This document shows, piece after piece, positions 10,460 through 21,798 of a stretch of DNA of 64,000 nt; the first letter of the stretch is position 1; the number at the start of each line of letters is the position of its first letter. The notes under the pieces were generated by a model, which had not been told where the DNA came from, ran no database searches, and saw only the letters and a list, made by a program, of their open reading frames with translations. The position numbers were made by a program, and so were the translations under genes. This stretch comes from Schizosaccharomyces osmophilus (Eukaryota), in NCBI RefSeq assembly GCF_027921745.1, contig NC_079240.1, forward strand, positions 1,674,001 to 1,738,000, in the 5' to 3' direction.

Positions 10460-11958
10460 TTAACATCCATAAAACGTCTTCTCTAAATTTAATTTACCCA
10501 TTACTGCATCCTCAGCAGTCTCCAAAAACCCTGTAACAATCGTGACTTTGGGAAATATAAAACCCAATGTTTTGATGCTTTCCACAAAAGACACATAGAC
10601 TACAATAATAATGTTTTCTTCCGGTACACCAAAGTCAACTAAGATTTGAGTTGCCATTAATACATCCGTGCTGGTTGTCAATTGAGAAGCTATAAGAATT
10701 ACATTTGTCCCAGCAATCCCCCGGGGAAGTTTATGATATTGAAGACTTGGTTCATTGGTGACTTGATTCACACGCACAAGTACTTTTCCCAACCGCACGT
10801 TAGGAAACTGTCGACAAAGGGCTGTTTCCAAAGTACCACCAGACCCCAAAACAGAAACGCCGCAAAGCTAAAAATCATTGGTTAGCTCTTTGTAAAATAT
10901 TCATAATTTAGTATCGCTAACTAGTAATACCTCTTTTGCTAATTGCAATCCTTTCCATGTATCCCCGTTATGTAGCGTAATAACTTTTTCCTCATACATT
11001 AAGGAATCGCCAGCCAGGTTCATTAACATTGTTCCTATGCGACTTAAATAGAACTGCATATTATCAGCGTCAGTTTCTTTGTTTACGAGTATGGTTTTGA
11101 TAGCTTCAATTTCAGGAGTTTGACGGAGCTGCACAAGATTTAAAGGTAAATTCGGGATGGTAGGAACAATCTGTTGTAAAGAATCGATGTTTTCCCGGTG
11201 ACTTCGGCTTTGAACAGACAAAGTCCTCTTAATAAATTTTATGACCATTTCTAAAAGTTAACCTAGTTAGTAAATAGAGATGATTCATCAGTAATAATAA
11301 TAGGTTATTGAAACTTACCGATGGCCACTTTATTGTCACGACCACGGGGAACAATTATATCTGTATAAATCGATTGCTTCCGTACAAAATTATCGTAACT
11401 TGGTTTGACAAAGCGATCATACTGGTGAAGCACACCCCGAATGTCACGACCACGGTAATTAATATCTCTGTTCAATCTACGAGATAAACAAACGTCTGAA
11501 TCAGTTTCGAGAAAGACAGAGACATCAAGAAGGGAGCGAACTTTTTCGTCGTATAAAGCAAAGATTCCCTCTATGACAATTATACTTGCACCAAACAAAG
11601 TGGAAGTTTCAGGAAGGCGGTCGTGATCGTGAAAACTATATATGGGAATGTCAACTTTACGACCTCGTTTGAGCTCTATTAAAACATTAAATAACAAAAC
11701 CCAGTCAATGGCGTCTGGGGAATCAAAATCATATTCATTTCGATAAGCTTGTTGTTTCTGCTCAGCGGTCAAAGGCTTATAGAAGGAATCCAAGGATAAG
11801 ATCACCACATTGGGTAAATTCAAGGCTTTTACAATTAATCGAGCGACTGAGGTTTTTCCACTTCCAGAAGGGCCTGCAATACCTATGAAGCTTATACGTC
11901 TCCAGGGAGGCTCGTACAGGTTTTTCAAAGTTTCTTTACTGGCTTGAGCAATTTCCAT
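10460..11958 (-). CDS. urk1: Uridine kinase with C-terminal UPRTase-like domain; exons 11958-11319, 11250-10931, 10867-10460; 455 aa
   Basis: P-loop GIAGPSGSGKT, LDSFY and EGIF uridine-kinase motifs. Introns GTAAGT..TAG (11318-11251) and GTATTA..TAG (10930-10868) join three ORF-track fragments in frame. Confidence 0.93.
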
Positions 11959-13259
11959 AACGTGTCAAGCTTTATAAACTAGAAAAAAAAAAAAAAAAAA
12001 AAAAAAAGGATTTGAATATAATGAAGGACGAGAAAAAGGGGGATAGGTGTTTAAAAAGGATCCCTCGGTTTAGTAAGTAATTCTTTATGGAAACGAATCA
12101 ATCATGAACTTTTTCTTTACAAAAGCTCTTGAAGAGAAAGTACACCTTTAGCCCAAGATTCACCTACTCAACACAACCAAACGCAGCCAAACGAAACCAC
12201 AAAAGGGTATCTAAACAAACAAAAAAATGAAATGAAGCGACGGCTGATTATTTCTTCTCAAACACACGTTTGGAAGGTGTAGTGGTTTGTAAACAAAAGT
12301 ATTCGCAACTTTTTACCTTAGGTAGCAGCATTTATGTTACTTTGTTTTACGGTGTGTGCCGCGGCATATCCGGAAGCAATAAAACAGAAAGTTGGGCATG
12401 GGAAGCATCATAAACGTGCTAATAAACTTTTATTCTTGTTCTTTTGGTCGTATAAGGTAAGGAAATATGATTTTCCATGTCCTCCGAAACAAACTTTCAA
12501 AGGAACGAAGAGGTGGATAAAAAGCTCATTAGGTCCTGAACTAACAGCGTTTTGAGCTTTCTATATTCTTTTTTTCTTTCATATATTAGCTGCTTAATGC
12601 TTGAAAGCTGTAAATTTATTGAATCCTTGACATTTCTATATTTTTATTTACATAAACAAACCAAAATTTTACCCAGAAAAAAAATACAAAAAAAATAAGA
12701 GGAATAACAGATGAGGTAGTGAGACATACATTTTGGTTTGTTTCATTCGATCATTTTTTTTTATTTTATGTTTTTTTTTTATATCTTACAATTGTTCATC
12801 CTGGACAGAGAAAAGACGGAAAAAGGTCAGAGTCAAAGCTATTCATTCGATTCTCATTGTGATCCTGGATGTCTTCTTGCACTGCCTTTCAATTTTCAAA
12901 AGGAATAATATTTTATAAAAGAACGGAAATTAATCAAAGGGTTCATAAAATGATATTGTAAGTTCACTTTATGAGAAAATGTTGTACAAGAAGAAAAGTC
13001 ATCTCTTCATTTTCATTACGTTTGAGTGCATACAATTCATATGATTTTTTTCTTCTTTCATTGAATTAATTGCTTTTTACTTTCATTGCTGTAGTCTTTT
13101 CTTTTTGCCGCGGAACCAATCGATTATATTCCTACCTACCCTCTGCTCTCATTGTAGAAATCATCGGCTTTCCAAGGATATAACGCATATCGAACGAAAA
13201 AATTATCTGTAAATAATAGCTAGCTTTTAGTATTTTGTAACAGAAAGCTGCAATTGATT

Positions 13260-14840
13260 ATGGATTCGGCTCCCAGTCATGTTCGCAAAGGTTCTACTTC
13301 GACAGTGAGCACTGAGGGAGGCGATGGAGGGCCTTCTAAATCTACAAGGGACAACAAAAAGGGATTCATAGTAAATAGCAGGATAAAAAGAGGTGGAAGT
13401 CATTTACGACTCGGAAGACCTGGAAAAGTCACGGCCGCAAGTTCTCGTCCTAACGTCTTAACAAGAACAACCTCTCATAATCCAAATTATGATCGTGTTC
13501 ACAATACGCATGCTGCTATACCTAGGCAAAGATCTCTCAACGACCTTAATGATTTGCATGGAAGTAGAGCAGTGACAGCGAGAACCGGCTTAATTCCTTT
13601 GACCCAGAGGAAGCCTAAGCCTGTTTGGGAAGAAATTACTAACGATAATGACTCTACGGCTGGAAATTTTGATACGGAAAGTATTCGCACCGATCCGCCT
13701 GAAACAGAAACGCGCAATCCCCCTCCATTGAATATTGCTCAGCTGAACGAAGACCAGTCTCGTAAATTACCTGAAAAAAACACTTTTTTGCTCCCAAAAG
13801 AAAGCCAAACTACCAATGAAAGGGTCAACAGGACGGACCATGAAAAACCTTCTTCCCCAAATATTTCACTTCCACAAGTTGCCACAGCTGAATCATCGAT
13901 TAAAGAAGAAAAAATTCGACCAGAAGATGTCAGCGCTTTACCACCTTCGAATCAGCATAAAGCCGTTTCTGACTTTTCTGATCGTCCACTTGGTCCCACA
14001 GACATGTATCCGCGGTACCCTCTTGCTACTCCAAGTGCTCCTGATACAATGCAATCAAGCTCCATTCATAACGAATCGGTTTTACCGAATACTTCGACTG
14101 AGTACGGACCACTTCCTTCTGTATATCTACCGGATTTTCAGAATCCAGACCAGGAACCGGTTTCTCCTAAGGCACTAACTAATGCTGGTATGTTTAAGAA
14201 TTATTTTACTATTACTAATTAACGTTCAGAATCTTCTAGAAATTTGGATTCAGATACACAAAGTGTAACTACTTCTCTTCCTGGAGATTTACTAACAAAT
14301 CGTAAATTTTCCTCAAATGTCACCAAATCACCCGCTCAATTGTACGACATAGGTGCTTCTACTAGCAGAACTCAACAAAAACTTCTTATTCAGAGAGCTT
14401 CTTCCCGATTTGATACAGTGGAAGATGATACCAATGCAAATCCCTCTAAACGATACTTACACCCGCAAGCAAAGCAAATCACGGATTCAGTCCGAACAAA
14501 TTTCCGTAATGTGAAAAGGAATCGTGAAATCGTATATGAATTTTTGATTAGGCTTCGTCCTTTTGTGGTTTCGTCAGAAATTGAAGATTTTTCTTCGTCT
14601 TCCAACCCCTTTACCTCAAGTCCCCATGCTCCGAGTTCTTCCAATCCGGGATTAAATTTGGGCTCTGCGAGTGGTTTCTCTTCAACTTCTCACTCTGTGA
14701 ATCCTAGCGAAATAATTCATTCCTCTCAGCCGTCGTATCCTTTGGCTAATACACACAGGAAGTCTATTCATGTTCCCAAAGTTCGAAAAGGGGAGGAACC
14801 AGAAACAGTAGAGAATAAAATACTGGAACTATGGAAATAA
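13260..14840 (+). CDS. tco89: TORC1 subunit Tco89-like; exons 13260-14187, 14230-14840; 512 aa
   Basis: Low-complexity S/P-rich protein with the SRTQQKLLIQRAS motif typical of Tco89. A 42-nt intron GTATGT..CTAAT..CAG restores the frame. Confidence 0.85.
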
Positions 14841-15062
14841 ATGGTAATCCCTCATATTATCCCTGTTATAACAGGGCTCAATCCTGACGATTTCTCTCAT
14901 GACAAAAAGTTTTGACTAAAAATTCTTGTTCGAACATATTTATATTTAATCTAATTGAGGATCTATTTATAATTTTATAATAAATTATTTGTTTTATTTA
15001 TCCTATTCGCTGAATATAGAGGTGAATCCATTCTTTTGCTGCAGTTATGCAGCATTCGTACT

Positions 15063-15953
15063 TTATCGTATTTCCTGAAGAATATTTGAAGCCATATCAA
15101 TCCAATAAGAATAATCCTTTTTTGTGTCTATTTGCTCAAAAATTGTTTCTGTCGTCAACAATTGCAAGATGATCTGCCATCCCTGTAGTTGGCTATTCAT
15201 AACGGATGTTTTCCAAGGGCAATTTAATTTATGTTGATCAATAACATCAAATAATTGATCATCTTGTTTTAAATTCCAAACACCAACTCTCCGATGACAG
15301 TAATCGCACTCATACAATTGACCTGACAATTGCTCCGTCCAACCAGTCAGCGCAATCCCAATTACCGAGAGAGATGGATCATTATATGTTTCATAACTGA
15401 ATCTTTCAGCAATTTTTACCAGTCGTTCTTGAGTCATTTCTTCCGGGAAATGCAGTTGTACTGAACAAGGGGATGTACTTTTTATCCTCCTCTTGACATT
15501 CAAAAGCTCCGTAGAAATCTCAAGCTCATATATGTTATCTGGAAAACTCATGTGTTTGTATAAACAACCGTCTTGATGTTCATCAATCAGAGACTTCTCA
15601 ATACGATCTCTAACTTTTTGGGGCAGCTCCCAAGATAGCTCCTTTGAGTCGATTATATTCTGTAAAAAACTTAAATCAAGCCTTGTATTACACAGATCGC
15701 ATGCTAATTTGTCGTAAGAGTCACAAAGCCAACCATGTCTACAACAATTGACTTCACCAAGCTTGGAATCATAAGTTAGAGACCACCGGTTTCGATATGT
15801 TTTTAAACGGTATAGAAATTCTCTTAGACTCCATGGTTTATATTTGCAAGAAGAGCTTTCTACTGTATTGACTAAGACATGTTCAGTTCGCTCATCAACT
15901 TTATCCAATTGATCCAAAACCTCTTTAAATTCCCACTCGGATGGAATTGCCAT
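15063..15953 (-). CDS. rsm1: RNA export factor Rsm1 (C3HC zinc finger, NIPA/Pml39-like), 296 aa
   Basis: YKPWS..FLYRLKTY, GW..CDLC..H...C and CDYCHRRVGVW..H...CPW zinc-finger modules. Confidence 0.9.
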   Translation of the reverse strand: MAIPSEWEFKEVLDQLDKVDERTEHVLVNTVESSSCKYKPWSLREFLYRLKTYRNRWSLTYDSKLGEVNCCRHGWLCDSYDKLACDLCNTRLDLSFLQNIIDSKELSWELPQKVRDRIEKSLIDEHQDGCLYKHMSFPDNIYELEISTELLNVKRRIKSTSPCSVQLHFPEEMTQERLVKIAERFSYETYNDPSLSVIGIALTGWTEQLSGQLYECDYCHRRVGVWNLKQDDQLFDVIDQHKLNCPWKTSVMNSQLQGWQIILQLLTTETIFEQIDTKKDYSYWIDMASNILQEIR

Positions 15954-16001
15954 TTTCTATTGCATGTAAATATTAGCGTTATTATACTGTAGGTTTAAGG
16001 A

Positions 16002-16019
16002 ACACACACACACACACAC
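16002..16019. repeat. (AC)9 microsatellite upstream of rsm1
   Basis: Read directly: acacacacacacacacac. Confidence 0.9.
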
Positions 16020-16489
16020 CCAACCAAAATATAGAATGACAGAAATGAAGTAAACAAAAGCAAGTCCACAGCTGTGATCTTTCTAGTCTAAAAAGTACAA
16101 TTCAAAAAAATAAAAAACTTTCCAGCGAATGTTTCTAAAGTTCTGCCAGTTAATTTTCTTCTATGTTTATTATGTGAGAGATGCCTGGAACACTACAAGG
16201 ATCATTTTATCGAGTTTTACTTTTCGAGTAATACAATAATATCATTTTACCATGACGATTCGAATTGTTGTTGAAAAATCGTGATCGAGAGCTTCATTAA
16301 ATTTATCCTTTCTTTTGTTTTACGATTTCATTTTATATTTTTGATAAAAATCCACTCAAGAATTGAAGAGCATTATGATAAACAGCACAGCTTTACACTT
16401 CTTTATGTGGTACAAGCAAAAAGATTCATTCATTTAACTATAAAGAAAATCGGTTTGTTTTCGACTATCCTTTCCTTCTCCCATTTATT

Positions 16490-17590
16490 TTAATTCTTTT
16501 TGAAATGGGGATCTTGGGAGGTGATTGCAGCTGTGGCATCAATAACATTTTGAAATATGCCTTTGTAAGCAGCAATAACACCGTTATTGTTCTTCAATGT
16601 ACGGCCAACACCAAAGTCTAAAGGTTTACCAAACATATCCGACACGACACCGCCAGCTTCTTCGACCAAGAGGGAGCCTCCAGCGTGATCCTAAATTAAG
16701 TTAGCTATACTTTTATAGATTTACACTTCACATACCCAAATTTTCTCTTCAAAGCTCATGCTGGTAGGAAGACGAAGATAAATATCTCCATCACCTCGGG
16801 CCAGACTGACATATTTGGCTTGAGAATCCATTTTGGTAGGTCCATAAACAATTCCAAGTTTTTTGGCAATCTCTTCTTGAGTTCCTTGCATGGAATGACC
16901 AGCTTCAACTCCTTCACAAAACTTAGATTCCTTTGGATCTTGAACATCCTTCATATGTACTTGGGTGGGTTGGGCAGTCAAGTCATGAAGCGCGTACTGA
17001 AAGGATCCTTGACCGCGAATAGCGGACATGATAATACCCTTGGGACTTGTTTCAGGTTGCTTAAAGTCGAAAGGGAGATTGGGACAGCTGATGGCGCTCA
17101 CCATGGGCTTTCCATTTTCGATCAAAGAGAGACAGATGGCATATTGAGCACCGCGAAGGAAACCCTTGGTGCCATCTATAGGGTCGAGCGTCCACATACG
17201 GCCTTCACGACCGCCGCTGTAATTACCCTGATCAATAACGGACATCATTTGTTCGGCGTCTTTAATTTGACCTAACTCTTGGCGCTCTTTTGAGCGTTGA
17301 ATCGATTCTTGAACCAATGACCAGACACGAGAGCAGGTATCTTTATTGCTTCTCAAATAGTCGGCATCTTCTTCACCAACGATGGGGTCCTTGGGGAAAG
17401 CATCCTTGAGCAAGGCAATAACGACTGCTTGAGCACCGAAATCGCCGATGGTTACAGGGGACTTGTCTTCCTTTGAATGAGCACCCGCAGAACTCTTCTC
17501 CTTTATGAGTTGGTTGAAGACCTTTTCAGTTAAATAGCTAGCCCTACGGACAGCAATAACAGCAATCTCTTTTTCAAATTGGAAATTCAT
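16490..17590 (-). CDS. tol1: 3'(2'),5'-bisphosphate nucleotidase (Hal2/Met22 family); exons 17590-16736, 16690-16490; 351 aa
   Basis: SPVTIGD, GEE and LDPIDGTKGF motifs. EKIW|DHAGG is joined across a 45-nt intron GTATGT..CTAAC..TAG. Confidence 0.95.
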
Positions 17591-17920
17591 AGTTTTTTCT
17601 CAAAATTTACCAAAAATTTAGGAACCACTTGGCTTTAGGACACGAGAAAGCAGATGCGTCAAAAATTATGTTGTAGACGAATTATGACTTTAGAAAATGC
17701 ATCCAAATACCCAAAATTAATATTGTCAATTAGCAATACTTCTACGAGATAAAGAAAAGTTTTAAATTGGTGCAAAATTAATTAAAATTGTTGTAGTGAA
17801 AGTGTTGGCACAGGAAACAGTAGGTTGTTTAGCGCTGCAAGAGGAATTGGAAAGAAGAAAGAAGCAGAATTTATTCCAAAAGAATCAATCGTTTAGTTGT
17901 TTATAATAAAAGGACAGGAA

Positions 17921-17937
17921 ACGCGTGTGCGACGCGC
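17921..17937 (+). promoter_or_regulatory. MCB elements (ACGCGT plus a near-match ACGCGC) upstream of rec7
   Basis: acgcgtgtgcgacgcgc about 200 bp before the rec7 ATG. Early meiotic rec genes in fission yeast are known MBF targets. Confidence 0.7.
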
Positions 17938-18126
17938 ATGGATTGAAAAAAGGCTTATAGATATGACATGTCAAACAAATAAGCAACAGAAGAGTTAATG
18001 AATAAAAAAGGAAAGGATTTAAAAAGTTAAGGAATAAAAAAAATGCGTTGTTTCCATTGAGAAGAGGAACAAAGCAAACAATGAATTTGTGCTACGTGTT
18101 TCCCCAAAGTAAACATAAACACAACC

Positions 18127-19426
18127 ATGAATTTTTACCCAATTGCAAAATACTCTGTTGCTCAGGACTCTTATGGATATGAATCATCATCTACAAGCTG
18201 GTCGCATTATTCTGATGGTGGATATACTATGTCACTGACATCTGGATTATTGCAAATTCGTAGACGCGAAGAATTAATTGTATGTGGATGGCAATATAAA
18301 GAGCTTGTTTCTAACATGAATCTTGTGTAGCAGAGTTTAAATTTACTAGATCTATGGCACCAATTCATCCCAGGGACGAAAGAACGGAGCTTGGTTTTGC
18401 TGTCCAAGGCACCGTGCATGAACTTTCGCATCTATAGCAATAATGTAAGAGGTGAAAGGGGGAAAAACGGTGATAGTACAGTAATTGCTAACAAGCTACT
18501 GGTAGATTACAAAACGATTCCAGGTCAAGTTTCCATCGGATGTATTTTACATGAAAGCAAAGCTTGAAATCGAAAACCTGGGATTATATTTTAAGGATGC
18601 AAGATCGTCATCGGAAAAAAAGCAAATGTCGAATTCACAAAGCCAAATTGGGAATTCCCAAGAGATGTATATGGCGGCACCGATAAATCCTGGAGTGCAT
18701 GCTTCGTCTCAACCTACGATTTCAGTGCAGGCTCCTACCATTTTGTCTCAAACGATTCCAGCGACACCGCCCGTAGCAGCACCAGGAGGAGGAACAGTGG
18801 GAGTAGGAGGGGGCATGATAGCAGCACCGTCGTCGTCGTCGTCGTCGTCGCATCTTGCGACGACAAACCATGGTGCTAATGAAATAGCCGTTCATACTCC
18901 TTACAAACGGGCGAGGGTGGATGAAACAGGGTCGATGGGTCATTCGCAGGTAGAGGGTAGCACACCGTCAGGGTCGTCGTCTTCATCCGGTGTGTTGACT
19001 TCTATTCGACCGTCGCAAAACGCTCCGTTGATGGGAAGGCAGGAAACGAATATGGAAAGCATACACATGTCGCAGCCACCATATTGGGAAGATCCTACGG
19101 CGATTTCCTCTTCACCATTTCATCCGTCTCAGTATTCCATGGTGGCAGGGACACCTCTTGGATCGCAAAACCCAGGAATCCCGATAGCATCTTTAATGAC
19201 GCCTATGCAAGAGAATCCTGGACCTCCTGCTGCAGTACCTGCCTCGTCGTATATGAACATGCTGCCGTCCCCTCCTACAACATCGTCGCCGTCCGCAATT
19301 TCCGCGAACCTAACGGAAGAAGAAAAACTCTTGCGAGACAAGGTTTTGTTTTATCTGCAGCAAAGCAGCTTTCTTCAATTGTGTCAAACCTTGGACCGAA
19401 TTTGGGCTACGATGCAACATGCATAA
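18127..19426 (+). CDS. rec7: Meiotic double-strand-break protein Rec7 (Rec114 family); exons 18127-18279, 18331-18444, 18506-19426; 395 aa
   Basis: N-terminus MNFYPIAKYS, then QSLNLLDLWHQFIPG, KRFQVKFPSD and C-terminal helix FLQLCQTLDRIW. Two canonical introns join the fragments in frame. Confidence 0.9.
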
Positions 19427-19585
19427 ACAAAACAAAAAAAAAAAAAAAAAAGTGCGAAAGCACTCGTTTTGTCTGTGCTATTCTTGAAAGACATAGCGAA
19501 TGATAATGATGTTTTCCCAAATTGTCAACATGGTATGCTATTATCAAATGGACCAAATTCACGGACAAGTCGATAAACACACCCC

Positions 19586-19669
19586 ATGTCAATGTCAATG
19601 TCAATGTCAATGTCAATGTCAATGTCAATGTCAATGTCAATGTCAATGTCAATGCCAATGCCAATGTCT
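19586..19669. repeat. Hexanucleotide tandem repeat (ATGTCA)11(ATGCCA)2 ATGTCT
   Basis: Read directly. It produces the spurious MSMS/CQCQ/VNVN/LTLT ORFs in the track. Confidence 0.97.
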
Positions 19670-20721
19670 ATATACTACACTACTACCTCTTGTCTTCTTT
19701 TTCAAACCGTTCCAATGCTGCGACTCGTTATACAAACCAACGAAACATCAACATTGTGTCGCTCTTATTTTCCCCTTTTCCCTAAACCGAAATAGTGCAT
19801 CGCAGCATACTCCAACTTGGGAATACCTGATGTTTGTCCTCCAACTCACTCTCACAATAAAATTTGCCCCACTTCCTTCGTTATCTCTATCCGTTTTAAG
19901 GTTCCTTTACGAGCCTTGTTTTCGATAAGAGAAAACCGCGGTAACAGCAATAGACATCCTTATAACGAGAATCGCACATTTCTTTAGCGAGACAACAAAA
20001 CAACCGCAAAGTGAATCAGAATCAGAATCAACATGGGGATGTAGCGAAAAGAGGGTTTTATTGAACTTTTTTTTTTTTTTACATCTACAAAAAATCTACA
20101 AAAAACAAACCATTTCATTTCCTCTACTCTCGTATTCCTTCCCTGCCGTTCTTTCGAACGTTTGTTGATATTTCTTCCCACAAACCCCCTCTTCTTTGTT
20201 GACCCTCTTTTTTTCTCACAATGATCTCATCTCCCCTCGTGAATCACCATTTCTATTTTGTATGTACCACTCGAATTTGTTATCCTCATCACGGATCAAC
20301 CTTTTTTGAAACGCCTGCAAAGCTACTCCTTTTTGTATGGCCCTTTCAGCCGAGTTGACTTTATCCACGGTACTCCTCTCATTTTACGTATAGATCTAGG
20401 TCACGGTTCCTAGGCATTTTATAAAAGGACCTTGTTCCCTAGAAGAATCAAGCTTGCTCTATTCTATAAAGTATAGACGAATTCTTTTTTCTTTCTTTTA
20501 TTCTTTTTTTAATTTTCTTCTTTTTTACTTTTCTTCTTTTTTACTTTTTCTTATTCTCTCTACTTTTTCTCATCTCATCTCATCGTTGTTATTGTTATTG
20601 TTTAATCAGTAAAATTGCTATTTGCTCTCTAATTTTCAATCTCTGTTTCAATTTCAATTTCGAAAAATAAATATTCTCTCTTCATTTTATTTTTTATTTT
20701 TTATTTTTTATTTTTTATTGC

Positions 20722-20722
<1 letters not shown>

Positions 20723-20758
<36 letters not shown>
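20723..20758. repeat. (GTT)12 microsatellite, preceded by (TTTTTTA)n
   Basis: Read directly. Confidence 0.95.
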
Positions 20759-21798
20759 ATTTTTTTCTCTCACCTTTTGAGTATCGCCCCATTTTTCGGA
20801 CCTTGATTGACTTTAAGTTTCATACAGTTCTTTCGCCTCATTCTCTGACGTTTCTTGGTCGGGGTTTTTTTTTTATTTTTTATTTTCCTTCTCGTTCAGT
20901 ATTCTTACTCATTGAGAATATATCTTGTTTCTTTTTTCCATCTTTTTTTTTTTTTTTTTTTCTTTATCTCACCCACAAACAAAGAAAAAAAATCTAAATC
21001 CTATCCTTTCTTGTGCATACTTGCAGTATAGCAAACACGAACTCCTTGGTTTATTTTGCTTTCACTTTTGATTTTTAATTTTGTTTTTTTAATAGGTACT
21101 TCGTCCTCGTCGTACTAGTCACTTCCATATTTAATTCCTTTGGTTAGCCACCGTGGTTTGGTTTAATCTTTTATTCTTTGCCCAAGGCCTTTTTTGTCGC
21201 TATTTGCTTACACATACGCACGGAACCATCTGCCGGTGACATTTACATATAAGTGGCTTTTCGACAGAACTTCTCAGCTTATCGTTATAAATAAGCTCTC
21301 TCATATACAACCCAAGTTCGGTAATTCTTTTTCCAGTTTACCGACTCCATCTACATTCTCTACCGTCGACCCATTGCGACATTCAAATACAAAAAGAACC
21401 GATTGCATTGCTGTTTCTTGGGGTTTTTTGTTTTGTTTTTGTTTTGAATTGGTAGTGAATTCTTTGTCTGTGTATATTTCGTTACCGCAAAAAAAGAACG
21501 CTACGTTTCCCCTCACCTCCCCTTGAGCAAAGGACAACCTTTATAAAGCATCTCGTTGTTTTGGCCGGTTTTAGGATATTTTCTTCAAGAAAATATTACC
21601 CAACCGCCTAATTGCTTTAGAAAAAACAAAAAAAAACCCCATTTCTGGTCGATTGGGATTTTCTATTTCTTTGTGCAGTGCACAAGTAAATGTCAACTTT
21701 TTGTAGCTGACTTTAAGCTCTTTCTTCCGTTTTCCTTTTCAATGTACGAATAGTTTCATCTTACGTTGGATTAAGAATATTCCAAAGCGTTTCCTCTT

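Noticed and set aside
19407..19928. ORFs with CQCQ, VNVN, MSMS and LTLT repeats (apparently metallothionein-like)
   Set aside because: All are translations of the same ATGTCA microsatellite; the flanks show no coding character.
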